This document shows, piece by piece, positions 12,901 through 26,300 of a DNA stretch of 64,000 nt (position 1 is its first letter; each line of letters starts with the position of its first letter). The position numbers and the translations under genes were made by a program. The stretch lies in assembly GCA_040954595.2 (NCBI GenBank), contig CM082576.2, forward strand, positions 3,880,760-3,944,759, read 5' to 3'. The DNA is from Balanoglossus misakiensis. Lineage: Eukaryota > Animalia > Hemichordata. Under the pieces are notes generated by a model. The model did not search any database. It saw nothing but the letters and a program-made list of their open reading frames with translations, and was not told where the DNA came from.

Positions 12901-15900
12901 TGGACAGTTGGAGAGAGCAGCATCTTTGGCAGAGAAGTACTGCGATTTCAGTATCTTGGTGAAATTGTGTGAAGATACCAATAACAAGGAGAGACTTCAA
13001 CGTTATATGAATCAGTTTGCTGAAAAGGTAAAACAATTTCTCATGAAAACTTCCTCCGTTAAAACTAGCAACCATGTCAATATTGGTGTGACATGGATCA
13101 ATCATAAATTGTGAATGCAGTTTTTAAGTGTAATGTGTAATTTATGTGTTCACATACCTGCAACTGTCATCGAATAATCTCTTTAAAATGAATGACATTG
13201 TTTCCAACAACTGTCAATGGGGTATTAGATTCTAGACAATTTCATTGTTTCTGCCAGTGTAAATAAAACGGCTGTGTTTTCTCGTTTCAGGGTTTTACAG
13301 ACTTTGTATTTAAATGGTACTTAGATGAAGGTGAGTCACTTGGTATCGTACCATTATTTAGTTTCGATTTTCATAAAAGTCAAAGCTTGTAGAGAACTCA
13401 TACGTTGGACTTACCTCTGTGCTGTGCTTATTTGTTTTTCGCTGTAGTTTCATTCCAAGATACATAAAATATTACATTCATGATTCTATATTTCAGCATG
13501 TTTCACAAGTTAATACTAGTTACACTTGTTGTAACATGTCAGTCATAGTTCCCATTGAGAACAGCACACAAGTATGCTGTTACTGTTTGCAAAATTATGT
13601 CATAATATTTTATTGTATACTTTAACGGTGTTGTTTACTATTCAAATACAATGTATTTCAACATGTTTTAGCAGGCATGCCAGTAAAGAGTACATACACT
13701 GACAATACTGCCTTTGAAATTGGAAACACATCGCACTAAGTCTGGCTTTGAGAAATGTGCAAATATTTTGCAATCATTCACATTGATTACCAGTAAATGT
13801 GTCAACATTTGCCCGTACTGTAAACCTGTGTGTGTTTTCTATGCACCTCATAGATGGACCATTTTATTGTTCACTTCTTTTCAATTAACTACCTATGCAC
13901 GCAGCTCTGTCAATTTTATCATGTAATGAACTTTGAAAGTGAGTCTCTCTAATAATGTGCCAATAAAGTGCGCCCTCTGAGCCGGTTTTGTTGACAACGT
14001 TTGTCTTTTCCACACCCTTATGGGCGGGCATACTGTAGCAATTTATACAAGAAGGGAAGAATTATGTTGAATGAGGCTCCACCACTGGATCCCTAATCTG
14101 CCCTGTTGTAAGGTTTGCATCAGTTTATCCATCCAACTCAATATTCATTCTGTTTGGTTTCCAGGGAAACGTGGTAAATTATTATCACAGAAACTTCCAC
14201 AGAGTCAGCAAGCAGCACTGAGTGAATTCTTAGACTCGCATGATCATCTCAGTTGGCTTCATGATATTCAGATGAACTCTTATGCTAAGGTAATGCTGTC
14301 AATACCAACATTTTTCTTATTATTTTGTAATATAATCTTATAATGTATCAGATATTAGGTTCTCCCAAATGTTGTAATTTCATATTTGAAGCATTGGACA
14401 ATGGGGTTAGTATTTTAAGATTACTGCAGTCACAAGATTTTATAGAAACATGAAATTCAATTTATTTTTTCCACAATGACTTGTATTTTAGGCTCATGAA
14501 ACTTTAAAGAAGCTTGCAGAAAGAGAGACAGACAGTTTCTCCAAGAAAAAAGTAAGTTGATGATTGTTATATTTTGGGAGCAAGTTACTAAGGGTTCACA
14601 TACTCTAGGAAGGTCTTTGATAGAGAGACCTATGTTACTATTAAATGTTCAGTACTTTACAAGTTTTTGTCATGTTTGCCATTTTAGTATTTGACATCAA
14701 CCATTTCAGTGGAAGTCTTATTCTGTTTTCATTGCTGTTGTATTTCTGTTTCAGACTTTGTTGAGCATAAGTAAGTTATCAGCATTAGCAAGTGGTGATG
14801 TTGATGAGAGTCTAATACAAGGTAAGGTCTGCTGAATTTCATCTACCGTGATTGTGTTGGGTGATAAATCTTCCTCTTGGTGTATTTAAACATCCTGCTC
14901 AGTGAAATGTGGTTCTTGTTATCACCCATTATGCATTTGGAGACACACCCAGAGAAATGCGAATGAGTTGTGTATTCTTCAACTTTTGTTGATTGCTAGA
15001 CACTATGACAGTGAATTTGTGCCACTGTTGCTTAAGGACACAAAAAGTTCACCAGAAAAATTAAATAGTATATCTGTCGTTCTCTCTCTGCAGATGTTAT
15101 TGATGAACAAACTTTACTACTGCATCAGGAATCTCTGCCCAATGAAGTGTTACAAGTAAGTATTAACTAGTCCTCTATCCTGGATCAGTTTTTGCTGTTT
15201 TTAAGTAATTTCATGACTAGCTTTCTTGCGGGAATGAAGATCAATGTCCTAACGTTGCAGCTTTAGAGACATTCAACTTTTGCAGGGGGGCAGTTCCTAG
15301 ATTGTACCCAAAGTTTATTTGATGTTGTCTTTCATTGCAGAATTTTGAACTTGATCTTGATATTATGCCTCCGCTGACTGCCAAACAGCTGATACAGGTA
15401 GGTCAGAGGTCATGTGTAAGTCATATCCGGAGTGTATGCAAATAATGACATGCAACAGAACAAAAAAACAATGCCACATCATTGCTTTGTTTCATCAGCC
15501 ATGGCGTAACCTATTTGGAATCCTTTTAATGTGCTTTTGATCTTGGCCACACCCCTAGGTGTCTGTTTTGCCATCCTGTATCCGACTGGTTTCCATGACT
15601 ACACAGTGCACGGTGTGTGGTGAATTCCCTTAAAAATCTGGATGTTTGTTTTGTATTGCAGTTGTACACCAGTGAGCATAATGTCAATTCTAATGAGTAC
15701 GACTTCAAGAAGGCACTTGATTTGCTTGGATTTGTCGCAAAGGTAAAAACTATTTCCAATCATTGCTGCTATATATTTTTAGGGTGCTTGGATTTCATTG
15801 GTGTATCATATGGACTTAGAGGGCGCACTCCATATTAATTCGAAGACACACTTGATGACCTACAAACTTTGTGAAATGAATCTGCGTATAAGAAATAAGT

Positions 15901-16526
15901 TCACAAATTCCAAGTCATTTCTCTATGTGACGTACAAATGCTATTTTGTATCTGTTCTGTGTAGGATGATGAAGATTTCATGGGTTTGAAGCTTCATATC
16001 TGGTGCCAAGCTATTAAGAAAGACAGGTAAGTACTTGTACAGTTCAAAGGGGGACCTCTACATTTAACCTTATCACAGTTTTGTCTTCAGCCATCACTGA
16101 TCTTGAAACATGTACAAACACAATTTCAGTGTCTTTTATGATTCTTCAATGTAGATGGCATCAGATACAAGGTCCAGAATCACTGCAAGCATGTCAACAA
16201 ACAGTCTTCTTCAAAACAATAGAACTAGCACATGTCAAAGGTGGGTGGTTAAGTAATGTCTTGAAATTATCTTCATGTGCATCCTGCACATCCATTTTCC
16301 ATTTACTGTGAAATTCTTGAATTTCCCAATCCAACCCAATCCAACACTAAGCATTGATGTACTTCTGTTGTCTTGTTACTACTTTTCAGGATTAGACCTA
16401 CGGGAATATCTTCCAGACGTGGACACTTTACTTCAGGCAGTTGAACTTGGAGATCTTAAAGACAGTCCTCATTTCCAGTACCTGACAAGGGCAGGATATG
16501 AGCAGATTGAACGTGTTCTTCAATAA
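3542..16526 (+). CDS. NUP133: Nuclear pore complex protein Nup133, 35 coding exons, about 1146 aa
   Basis: Exons: 3542-3678, 4240-4367, 4630-4733, 4894-5118, 5326-5397, 5498-5596, 5776-5895, 6160-6216, 6433-6497, 6676-6746, 6932-7011, 7194-7296, 7497-7565, 7752-7833, 8127-8169, 8421-8534, 8827-8986, 9112-9221, 10091-10197, 10889-10991, 11265-11384, 11542-11641, 11989-12032, 12383-12599, 12894-13027, 13291-13330, 14165-14289, 14492-14551, 14755-14821, 15094-15155, 15341-15397, 15662-15742, 15965-16026, 16155-16240, 16390-16526. Total 3441 nt, open frame, all GT-AG. Diagnostic peptides: [102 protein letters not shown]-like [12 protein letters not shown]. Confidence 0.95.
3899..4079. repeat. Compound (GAT)n/(GGT)n/(CAT)n trinucleotide repeat in NUP133 intron 1
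   Basis: Seen directly. It produces the poly-His and poly-Met artefact ORFs. Confidence 0.92.
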
Positions 16527-16851
16527 AATAAACTGTAGCAGAAGTCCTCTGTCTTCAGTGTATCAACTTGGAGATCATACACTTAGTACTCTGTAAAAAG
16601 TGTATATATTGACAGTTGCATTATGATATATCTTGAGGGATATGCAGTTCCTTCACCTTTGAAAGAGGAATGGACAGATTTATTACTCTACGTCATTGAT
16701 CAGCGCACAGTGTTTACAAAGATGGGGATGGCGTTCAGAGGAGCTGAGAAAAACATCCAAAGTGGAAATGCAGTAATGATACTAACTGTGATGATGATGA
16801 TGATGAAAGTTGAATATCCAGTGCGTTTTCATGAGGCACTGGCAAACATTC

Positions 16852-17218
16852 AATAAACTGCATTGTTATTGTTTGCCATAAAACAGTAACAAAAATAAAA
16901 TGCAAAGAGAACTTATTACCAGTTTCAGTACAACTATGTACAAGCACATCCACATCTACTCTAAATATATGTATTACAATTTTCTTTTTACATGTATTTT
17001 CGTGCATATGCCTTGAATACATTCTCTGTGTATATCATGAAACTCTCATTCTGTATTACTTAAAACTTCCAAAAGGAGAACACTTTTTTTTCTGGGAACA
17101 GTAATGACAAAAAATGTTTTCTTGACAACACAATGAGATGTAACGTACAAAAATACAGTCAGTGCTGACCACTTGGTTTTTGTATGGGATTGTACAATTT
17201 ACCAACAGATTTAATAAA
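16852..17218 (+). terminator. Candidate NUP133 poly(A) signals
   Basis: AATAAA at 16852, 16894 and 17213 downstream of the stop codon. Confidence 0.45.
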
Positions 17219-18899
17219 TATTTTCTGCAGAAAAAAATGGTTTATGTGCAATCATGATATTTTTGGTAAATTTTGCAGGCTGTTTTTGAATGAATGAATG
17301 GGATGTTATCGTTACTGTTAGGAACGATCACTGTGAACAAAATATTCGTGTCGATAATTTTTTAAAAACATAATTGTCGTCACCTTGCCGATGTTCGTGC
17401 CATCACATATTGCTGTATTTTATTCGAAATTTGTGAAATACTGTTCCGAAACATTTTGGTCAAAAGTTTCCAAACAACGTTGGTGGCGCTTTACAACCTG
17501 ACAAAGACGATCGTATTTATTCATCCATCAAATAAAATTGATCTACTACTTTCTGATTGAGTGAGCTTCATTCTCCGCATAGCCTATGTTTACATGTCAT
17601 TATTCCGTGCCGTTTGTTTGAAATTAAGGGATTAACGCATGAATGGCGTCGTAAGCAGATGAAATTCGACGATGGCGGTGGTTTTTTTTACCGTGGTCAC
17701 GGCCCGCTTACTTGGGCATTTGTGGTGGACATGATTTTATTTACTTGCCAAAATGAGAAGTTTGGGTCGTGTTGCGAACGCTTTTCATTGTTCAGCTTTT
17801 ATTTTGTATTTAGTTTGTACGTTATTTGTACGGAATTGTCTATACAGGGAAAAGAATACTGTGCATTCCCCCGGGATAAACAAATAAACAGTGAAAAGGG
17901 TGAGTTAACATGACTAAAATTCCCCGAATGGCCGTGAGAAAGTATTTTCACTGTTTTCTATATACGTACACATAACATCATTAGTAAAATAAACCAAACA
18001 ATTGACATTAGGATTAGGTCGTCTGGAGTCGCGATTTTTGTCAGAATGAATTTAAACCTGTGCTGTCGATGTTTCCGTTGAAGCGAAATTATCAAATGCA
18101 TCCTGATTATTCGTCATGGATGCCTACATTTCCTTGGTAATAATACAATAATACTGCACTCTTGCAAAGAACTGAAAAAAAATCCTCAATGCGAGCAAGT
18201 GGCCAGTCAAAAACTCACAAACAAAATGTCCCGACCTATGTCATTCAATCAGTGACCACCGCTACAATTATTGCAGATAGAAAAGGATTGGTATAAAGCG
18301 GATGATCATACGAAACAACGAGAAAAGCCACGGTCTGCCGCGTAAACTTTCTGAACAGAAGCTGTGCATCCAACAGGTGCGTTTCACATATTTTCATCAT
18401 AAGGTCGCGACCGCATTTCACGGTCATGTAAACGTGTTTCTTACATCATTATACAAATTAATCATATAACGGTACTGATAATTAGACGTCAACAATGGCA
18501 AATTCATTATTTTGCAAATTATGCATAACGCCATTAACGGTGACTTGTAAATTAACCGTGGCGCAACTGGCCAGCTGGGCTGCGAGTGGCAAAGTTCTAA
18601 AAAAATGGACTCGCACGTGTCTTTCTTCTGTCTTTCTTTCACTGACTGAAATCGGCTTAGGGGCACGCAAGCCCCTCATTACAGCCAGATTATCCCCGCA
18701 TAAGCAAATACATAAAGAAATCACGCGAGAAGAGAGAGAATGCACAAACACGTGTACTTATTCCCTATGTTACTTGTTGCTATGTTCGAAATTCGATCTT
18801 CTTTGATCGATTTCAGTTTCAACTTTGTTTGCAATTTTGTGCTGTTTCGCACTAACGTAAAAAGTAATGGGATAATTATGTACGCGTAAACTGTTGCAA

Positions 18900-20300
18900 T
18901 TTCTCATTTTTATTTAATTTATAGACACAGTTAGTAGCCTGGAGTATAGTTTTAACGTGACTCCGGGACGTGACTAGGCCTATCAAGTCCATGTGCGCAT
19001 CACAGCTGACTGGACGCGCGCGTCTTCAACGCAACGCATCTTATGATGCAAAGTTCCAGTGATAATGCAGCCAGGTGTTGTCTCCCGAAATAATAAACAA
19101 GTCATTAGCATGAAAGTAATTAGCACGTAAATTTTGAGGGTCTAGACGTAGTAAATGGTTAAATCCTGGAGAACAATTGAATAATAAACAACACATTCAC
19201 AATCCCATTCACACTTCTTGAATTGGGTCACGCAATATCGAACTTGGTCAGTGCCATTGGGATTGTAGGGGGAAACTGCGCCCCTCCGTGGGCCTCTGCC
19301 ATGCCACATGCTTGCGGGTATAAACAAATAACCACGTGGCTAGGGGGCCCTTCTCGGTATCGCTTTACTAACTGAGTGTGTTCATAGGAATACGATCGAG
19401 TCGTGCTTGAAATATTAGCGTAACGCTGGCTGCAAACGCATTCTGTGATCGTAACGCGAAAATCGGGCAAAATGTCTTAGGAACCATGCCCGATTTCCTG
19501 AGATGGCGAGTGTAAAAGTAGCGGCGCGTATCAGACCCCTTTTCCGGAGGTGAGTTCCCGTGAAATGGGCGGAGACGCGACGGAGCGCTAGCGGTTTTCG
19601 GCGAAGTTTGACCGTCGATCAGTCGATGGTATCGTATGTAATCTGGTGATCGGTCTTCACAGCACATTTAAGCCGGTCTAAACTTTTGCCGCAGATTAGC
19701 CTTCACTGATCTATATTTTGATTTATCACAGGGAAATCCAGCAAGGCGCATCTTACGTAGTTGGAGTTAATGAGAATACCATCTCTCTCACCAATACCAA
19801 GGTACAGTATGTTTTCCGAAAAAAATACCCATTGCTCCAGGGGTAGATTCGGTTTTTATTATGGTGTACACGCGTTGTGGCGTCGATCGCGATCGCTTTG
19901 TTGGGGCTTTCTGTTCAACTTGACCACCTCACAACTGTTAACCGCAATATACGTGAACTGTATCCCGTAGAGCTAACTGCTATTTTTTTCTCGTTCCGCT
20001 CAATGAAAACGCGTCCATAGCAACACACGATAGATGTCGATTTCGTTTTCATTTCACCAGGTTACTGATACAGATGGCGATAAGGGCAGAGATCGCGTCC
20101 GATATTTCGTATTCGACTATGCGTATTTATCTGTGGATAGGAATTCCCCGGGTTATGCCTCCCAGGAGTTGGTGAGTACCCCGATAGAGTCATGATATAC
20201 CGATGTAAACCTAAACCGCTTTCCCAAGCGCAGACCCACGCTCATTATTCTATTTTTATTAGCGGCAGGTTAGCCCTGTCAAGCTTTCCATTGGTTCGCC
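18900..20300 (+). promoter_or_regulatory. CpG-rich promoter/5' region of the STARD9-like kinesin
   Basis: Visibly higher CpG density than the CpG-poor gene bodies, spanning exons 1-3. Boundaries approximate; the enrichment begins around 17.3 kb. Confidence 0.5.
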
Positions 20301-23300
20301 AAGGACGTGTTGATTTTTAATTTTTAAATTCTCTGGAAAACTTTTTCACAGGCTGCATTGCCATTGGACATGTTAAACACTTTCCAAAATAACCGCCAAA
20401 CTTATATTTTTTTTCAAAAAGAGAAAGAGAGAGCAAAAAAGCTTGATTGCATAACTCTATAAAGTTACATGGTTATTTCAATAATTTGACAATTAAAAGC
20501 ATGTGGGCACATTAAATTTTTACGAGAAGTACTCCATGCATTTTTATACTTTCTTATCTTGCTTGTTATCAATATTATATAAAACATATAGCCAAATAAA
20601 AAGAAGATAACTAGTGTAAACAATGCTCAAACATCAAAATGTAACTTCAATCTGGATTTGTAGCTGAAGTATTTGAAGTGACATTTACTATGAAATGTCA
20701 GTGATGGGTTGGGTTGGTGGATGGAAAGATGGAAATTGACGGAACAAGATCAGGAAAAATGAGGCATGATTGCATTTAGAAAAAGAAACAGTTCTGCTTC
20801 AATTCTTTATTATAAATTAAGATGTCCGTTGGCTGAGTGGAATATTTGGTTTTCACTAAATTGATAGGAGAATCTGTTGGAAGTTCTTTTGGTCAGATGA
20901 TGAGTGATGTGCATGGTTTACTTGCCAATGCAACTTCAGTTCAGTGGAAAATTTTTGTTGTTGGATGTAGCATGGAGCTAGCTACCAGAACTCTGTGGTT
21001 GTAGATACTGTTGTATTTGTATATACTTTTCGTTTTGTTGATATCGCGAGGAGATTTATTGACATGTGCATTTAGTAACAGTGAGGATCATTTGGAATGG
21101 TCAAGTTATATATAGAAAGTGCTGTTGACAGGGAAGTTGAAAGGGGTCGATCTAGGGCATGTTTTAATGATAGATATGATAATAAAAATTATATTAATTT
21201 ATTTCAGATGAATATGCAAATTATGATTGTTTAAATGTGTTTAGAAAAAACACCTTTCATCTCACAAAATTGGCCAAGTCTGCAGGGTTACATAAGGACC
21301 TTGCACCAAGCCCACTGTAAACAGCCTATACAAGCGTAAAACAAACCTTGGAACAGGTGCTGAGCCAACAGAAAACTGTAAACGTGTGACCGAGATAGAT
21401 GTCCTGTTCTTTTTTCCTTTGCTACCGGGGTTTATTGCAGCGAGAGTGATTTGTTGCTTGGTTGACCTTCGTCAAAGAGACTTTTTAAATGAAATCGTCA
21501 GTTGTGCTATGTGGTATGCTCCCTTGGAATGTAGAGAAGGGAACACACACTTTGTTCTTACTTTTCAATATGCAAAGGATATTTAATATCCTTATGCTTT
21601 AAAGGTAGTACTGTGGTGCAGAGTTTTGTTGTGTGTGGTAAACAATTGTATTGTATTCCAGAAAACGGCAAAGCAGGTCAAAACCAGTTTAATTTCCATC
21701 ATAAATTGAGAACTTTTTGTGAGTATACGTCCGTTGACATCGGAAAGCAAGGTAGTTTATTATAAGTTGTATTGTTTACACATGTCATAGATTAGTGGGC
21801 CCTCGATATGACAGGTCCCCATGATGTGCTTACAATAGTCGTAGAAAGCAGTTTTCGTTTGTCACAGAACTGTCAAAGGAGCAGAGACAAAAAAGCTTCA
21901 TTGCTATACTGGTGCTCTGATTTAACTTTTTTGTCTTCAGTTGTCTTCAGATGCATCGTGCAAAGAAGGGGCTTACTGTCTTATCATTCTCTCGGAAAAT
22001 ACATTAAATCATGCGTTTTGTTCCCGGTTTTTGTCGCAGATAGTTTGACAATGCCTTCTTCTTTTCTTGGTGTTGTTCCAATAACTGCGCATTGTCTCCG
22101 TTGGCCTTAGCTCCTACACAGTTCCTGCCTATTGTTCCGTACTCATTGTTTCTGCACACGGCAAGTTTATTACAGATTAGCTGGTATAACACCAGTCAAG
22201 AATGACAAAAGAAATATTATGGTTGGCTATGGTCCCTGTGCGTAATAACTCTTGCCGTGGTATGCCTTCAGGGTTTCTTCTCGGATTGTTAAACGCAAAA
22301 CACTGCAGGCTTCCAAGGCCATCATCACATTAAAGGAGAAGACTAGCCAAAGATACTATTGTATCCGCATGGCCAGTTTGTCAAAAGGGCTGGGTTTTTA
22401 TAACTGCAAATAACTGAAAACTAGCATTGAAACAGAACAAAGATGCCCGCCTTTGACTGTAATCAGGGTCCTGATAACAAAAGTCATAATTGCAGTGAAG
22501 AACAAAACGGGCCTTTCTCTGGAAGTGATAAGATTTAAACTTCCGACCAATGTGTGCGCGGCATTCAACACAATAGGTTCTCAGTCACATACTTGTGTTG
22601 CTTCACTCACCAGTCGGAAAATCTCCTTGGCTCTTAAAGTGGTCACATTAAGTGGATTTTTCTAAATGCTGATTTTTTTTCTGTATGTAGACACAGTGAA
22701 GTGTTCTTAAACAGGTGACTGCCCTGGGATTTAAGAAATGAATCATTAGTTCAGACAAGATTTGTTGTGATTTTATTGGACTGAGCCACTTTATCGATTC
22801 GTCAGTGATTACCAAGTTGTAATTCCGCGGCAAGAATCCTGTGCGTGTTAAATTTAATGGTAGCTGCATGTTCAGGGGGTCAATTATTAAATGCCTAGCG
22901 AGGTCAAAGGGTGCCTTTTTTTGCACCTGACCAGGTTGCAAAGTGTAAACACAAGTAAACACACCAGTACATGTCAGATGACCATGGTAGTTTACATTAG
23001 AGAAATTATAATTGGCATCTGTGGAAAAAAATATTGTAAATCTGTTATCACAAAAGTGTCGTTGCGTTGTTCGTAACCTGCGAATGAACTTGTTAGCATG
23101 TTTGCTTTACAACGATAGCGGCAAGTGATTATGCAAGTTCATTGCAATATTTTGGCGTCGGTAGCTTAGCAGTCCCGGGGAAAACAAGTGTGAGACCCTG
23201 TCTTGGGCAAACCATCTGACTCTACTTTCAGTGGTAGGGCATAAATCTATACCACGACAGGCGACTTCTGATAAAAGAGGTGATAATTGTGATGGAAGTA

Positions 23301-26300
23301 GTTGAAACCTTGCGGAATAAGCAATTGGACTATTGTTGAAATGTCAGAGAGTTTTGTGTTGTCATCGTCACAAAGGTTACATGTGGACTGTCTCGCTATG
23401 GTAGAGTCAGCTACGTGAAATTTCCCAGCAACGTCCAATCCCTGTTTGCACAGGTACTGAATGGACGGCAGGGGTTAAGAATCAATCATCGCTCTATTCA
23501 ACGTGGTGGAGACGGTTCAATCGGGAGAGAAATTAAGCCAAATGCGGATGAAATGTGTGGGCGATAAGCAAAGCTTTCCAGAATAGAAGTTTAAATAAAG
23601 AAAGACCATTTTTTTTTTACTTTGCGCTTAAGCTACACCACCTGTACCGTTGACAGGAGCAGGAGGAATTTGCACCCTGACATTGAAACTCATCAGTCCA
23701 GCATGTCATAAAGCAAAATTTGAGTCCACCTGCTTCTGTTACAGGTGCGTACCACATTTGGATGTTTTTTTGTGGTCGCTGTTTGTACCTACATCTGCGT
23801 TTCAACATCCAATACGTACCAGGTTGTTTGTGTGGCATTTAACAACAACACCGATCTCATTACCCCTAGCGATACTGACGACACTCCAGCCATTACTAAC
23901 CGGTAGAATTTAAAAACCTGATAGCGCCAAATTTGTGCGACCATCACCTTTGTTTTGTTCATGCTAGTAGTCGCTGAGTGCCGTCTCTTGATCCCCGACC
24001 AGTTTCAGTTGAGTCCGGTTTCAGGTGATGTGCGTCACAGCCGAGTAGAAAATACCGCTAATTAAATTCGTCCGCCAAAATGCATTTACCCACTGGGGAC
24101 GTTGCAAGTTATACTGGGAAGGTTAAGTGGGAAGGGGGTAATTATTTTGGTGCAGGCCATGATAAAGAAAAAAGCCACACAGCATGTGTGATGTCCTGTG
24201 TACCTGGGCATTCAGTCGTATCACTTGACTGAAAAGAATTGCTGCAGTGATGTAACGATACACTTGAATCACAGACGAGGTTACTCCCCAGGGGGAATGG
24301 CCATTGTCCTTGTCTTGGTCTTTCCCACTGAAGGTGGCCAACTCCTACACTCTACAAATGCTTTGTCTTTGAAAAACCAGATGACTATTGGACACCTCCC
24401 ACTAATGGACACTCCATTATGTCAGAGATATTTTCCCAGGAAAACAAGGTTTTTCCACACTTCCAGACTAACCAATGTCATCTTTTTGTTCGGTAGGAGG
24501 GGGGGGGGGTACCTTTGACTTCATACATGTACCTGTATCTGAAAAGTTCTCTCATATGTCCTACCTGGCAGGTTTCTTGGATATATGGAAAGCCAACCTG
24601 CAATTTATGTCATGACATGTGAATGAATTTAAACATTGCCTACTGGGTATTTGTATGGCTAATTATGCCTTTAAATCTGAAGAATAAGGAAGAGATCAAC
24701 AGTGTCCAAGAGTCTCTAGTAGATTCTTTTCTCACGAGCGAGGAGAGTTTGTATGTGGAGAAGAAATCTTAAGTCCTGGGTGGAGGGGGAGGGGTGTGAT
24801 CTTTGGTGGATCTTTTTTTTCCGACTCCGGTGATCAGGATTAGAAATAATGGAGCTTGAAGGTTACTCTTGTTCGAATCCAGTAACCTCATTAAAGGTAG
24901 CTGATGATGGTAAACAGTCCAAAATAGACGGCAAACAAACTCCTCCCAGGCAAAATACACAAAACGTAAACACTGCAGATTGTCTCCACTTCTTGACAAA
25001 AAAGAATAATCTTAATCGGCAGAGCTAATACAGCTTGATTACTCTTACTACCCATAACAACATGTGGAATTCTGCTAATGTCACTCGGCTGCTTTGGAAT
25101 GCTCTGAATATCCACTGTAGCATCTCAACAATTGTTGCGGGAGACAGGATTACCAAGTGGTCTTTGAAAACAGGTCTGATTTCTTTGCTTTGGTGTATTA
25201 TGACGACTTTGCTTCATTAGTTGCATTTAGGAGTAAAAAAAAAACCTGGATAAGCGCTGTGACTTAACCCTCTTACGCAATTGTTCCATTGTGGCAGTTC
25301 CATTCATTGGTAGGATATAATAATACTCGAGCATTGTGCTCTTTCAACGTACCAGTCTAGTATCAATACCTCGTTGCCTTTTCACACTCGAACCCCAGGT
25401 ATCACTGTGTCATGGATATACAACCGTACTATAAAGTTCTGGAATCTTTGTCCGGACTCTCCGTTACATTTGACCACTACTTTCAAAGTCCTTTGTGGCA
25501 TTTAACCCCAGTTTGCCATAAAACTTCTGTGAGTGGTGAGGGCTTCGTAATAATACAAAGAGGAAAGTACAGCTCCTCGTTCAGCAGAAGACGAGATTTA
25601 TTAGTGCGTATACATTAGTATGTCACTGTGTGGTAGCAGTAGGGTGATAGTTCTAAGTGCGGTCTCCAGTTAGACACAAATGTTATTTTCTGACTAAATT
25701 TAGAAATACATGTATTACCATGTGAGTGATATTGCCTGACATTAGGAGGTCACTTTCTTGGTATTCATTGCATTTTTATTCTGTGTTTATATTGGTTTCT
25801 GTGCTTGGTTCTTTCTGGTTTATTTGGGTGCACAGCAAATTTATAATAACTCATAACATTGCCAACACCAGTGCCTGGGATTGTACACAAGGTGTTGCTA
25901 GTACGTGCTTGTTTCAGGAAAGGGTTACCTGTGTCAGGGTGTTGTTCCAGGACGTTGCTGATGGCAATGGGCGATTCTAGTGGTGAGGTGTTATGCAGGT
26001 CATTATCACTTGCTCATGTCAGGGTGGTTTACTGAGTGACAAAGCAGCGAGAGAGCTTGCACCAGGGTGCTATGTTGGGTATGCCCCTAATTCCAGGATA
26101 GTGCCAATTTCACATGGCAGCATCCAGGTGTTACGCAAGACCTGCCCAGTGCCAACAGTCAGCTATTAAATGGAAATAATCTGATTGTGTCAAAGGTAAT
26201 TCTTTAATCTAATTGTGTTACCAGCAATGATATCATTCATTGAGCAAATTGTAATGGAATCAGTGTAGCATTATTGTCAGGGTAGGTGATAGCATCAATG

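Noticed and set aside
18495-18806. ORF starting MAN.. as the kinesin first exon
   Set aside because: No VxVRxRP motif. The true exon 1 ([12 protein letters not shown]) is at 19503.
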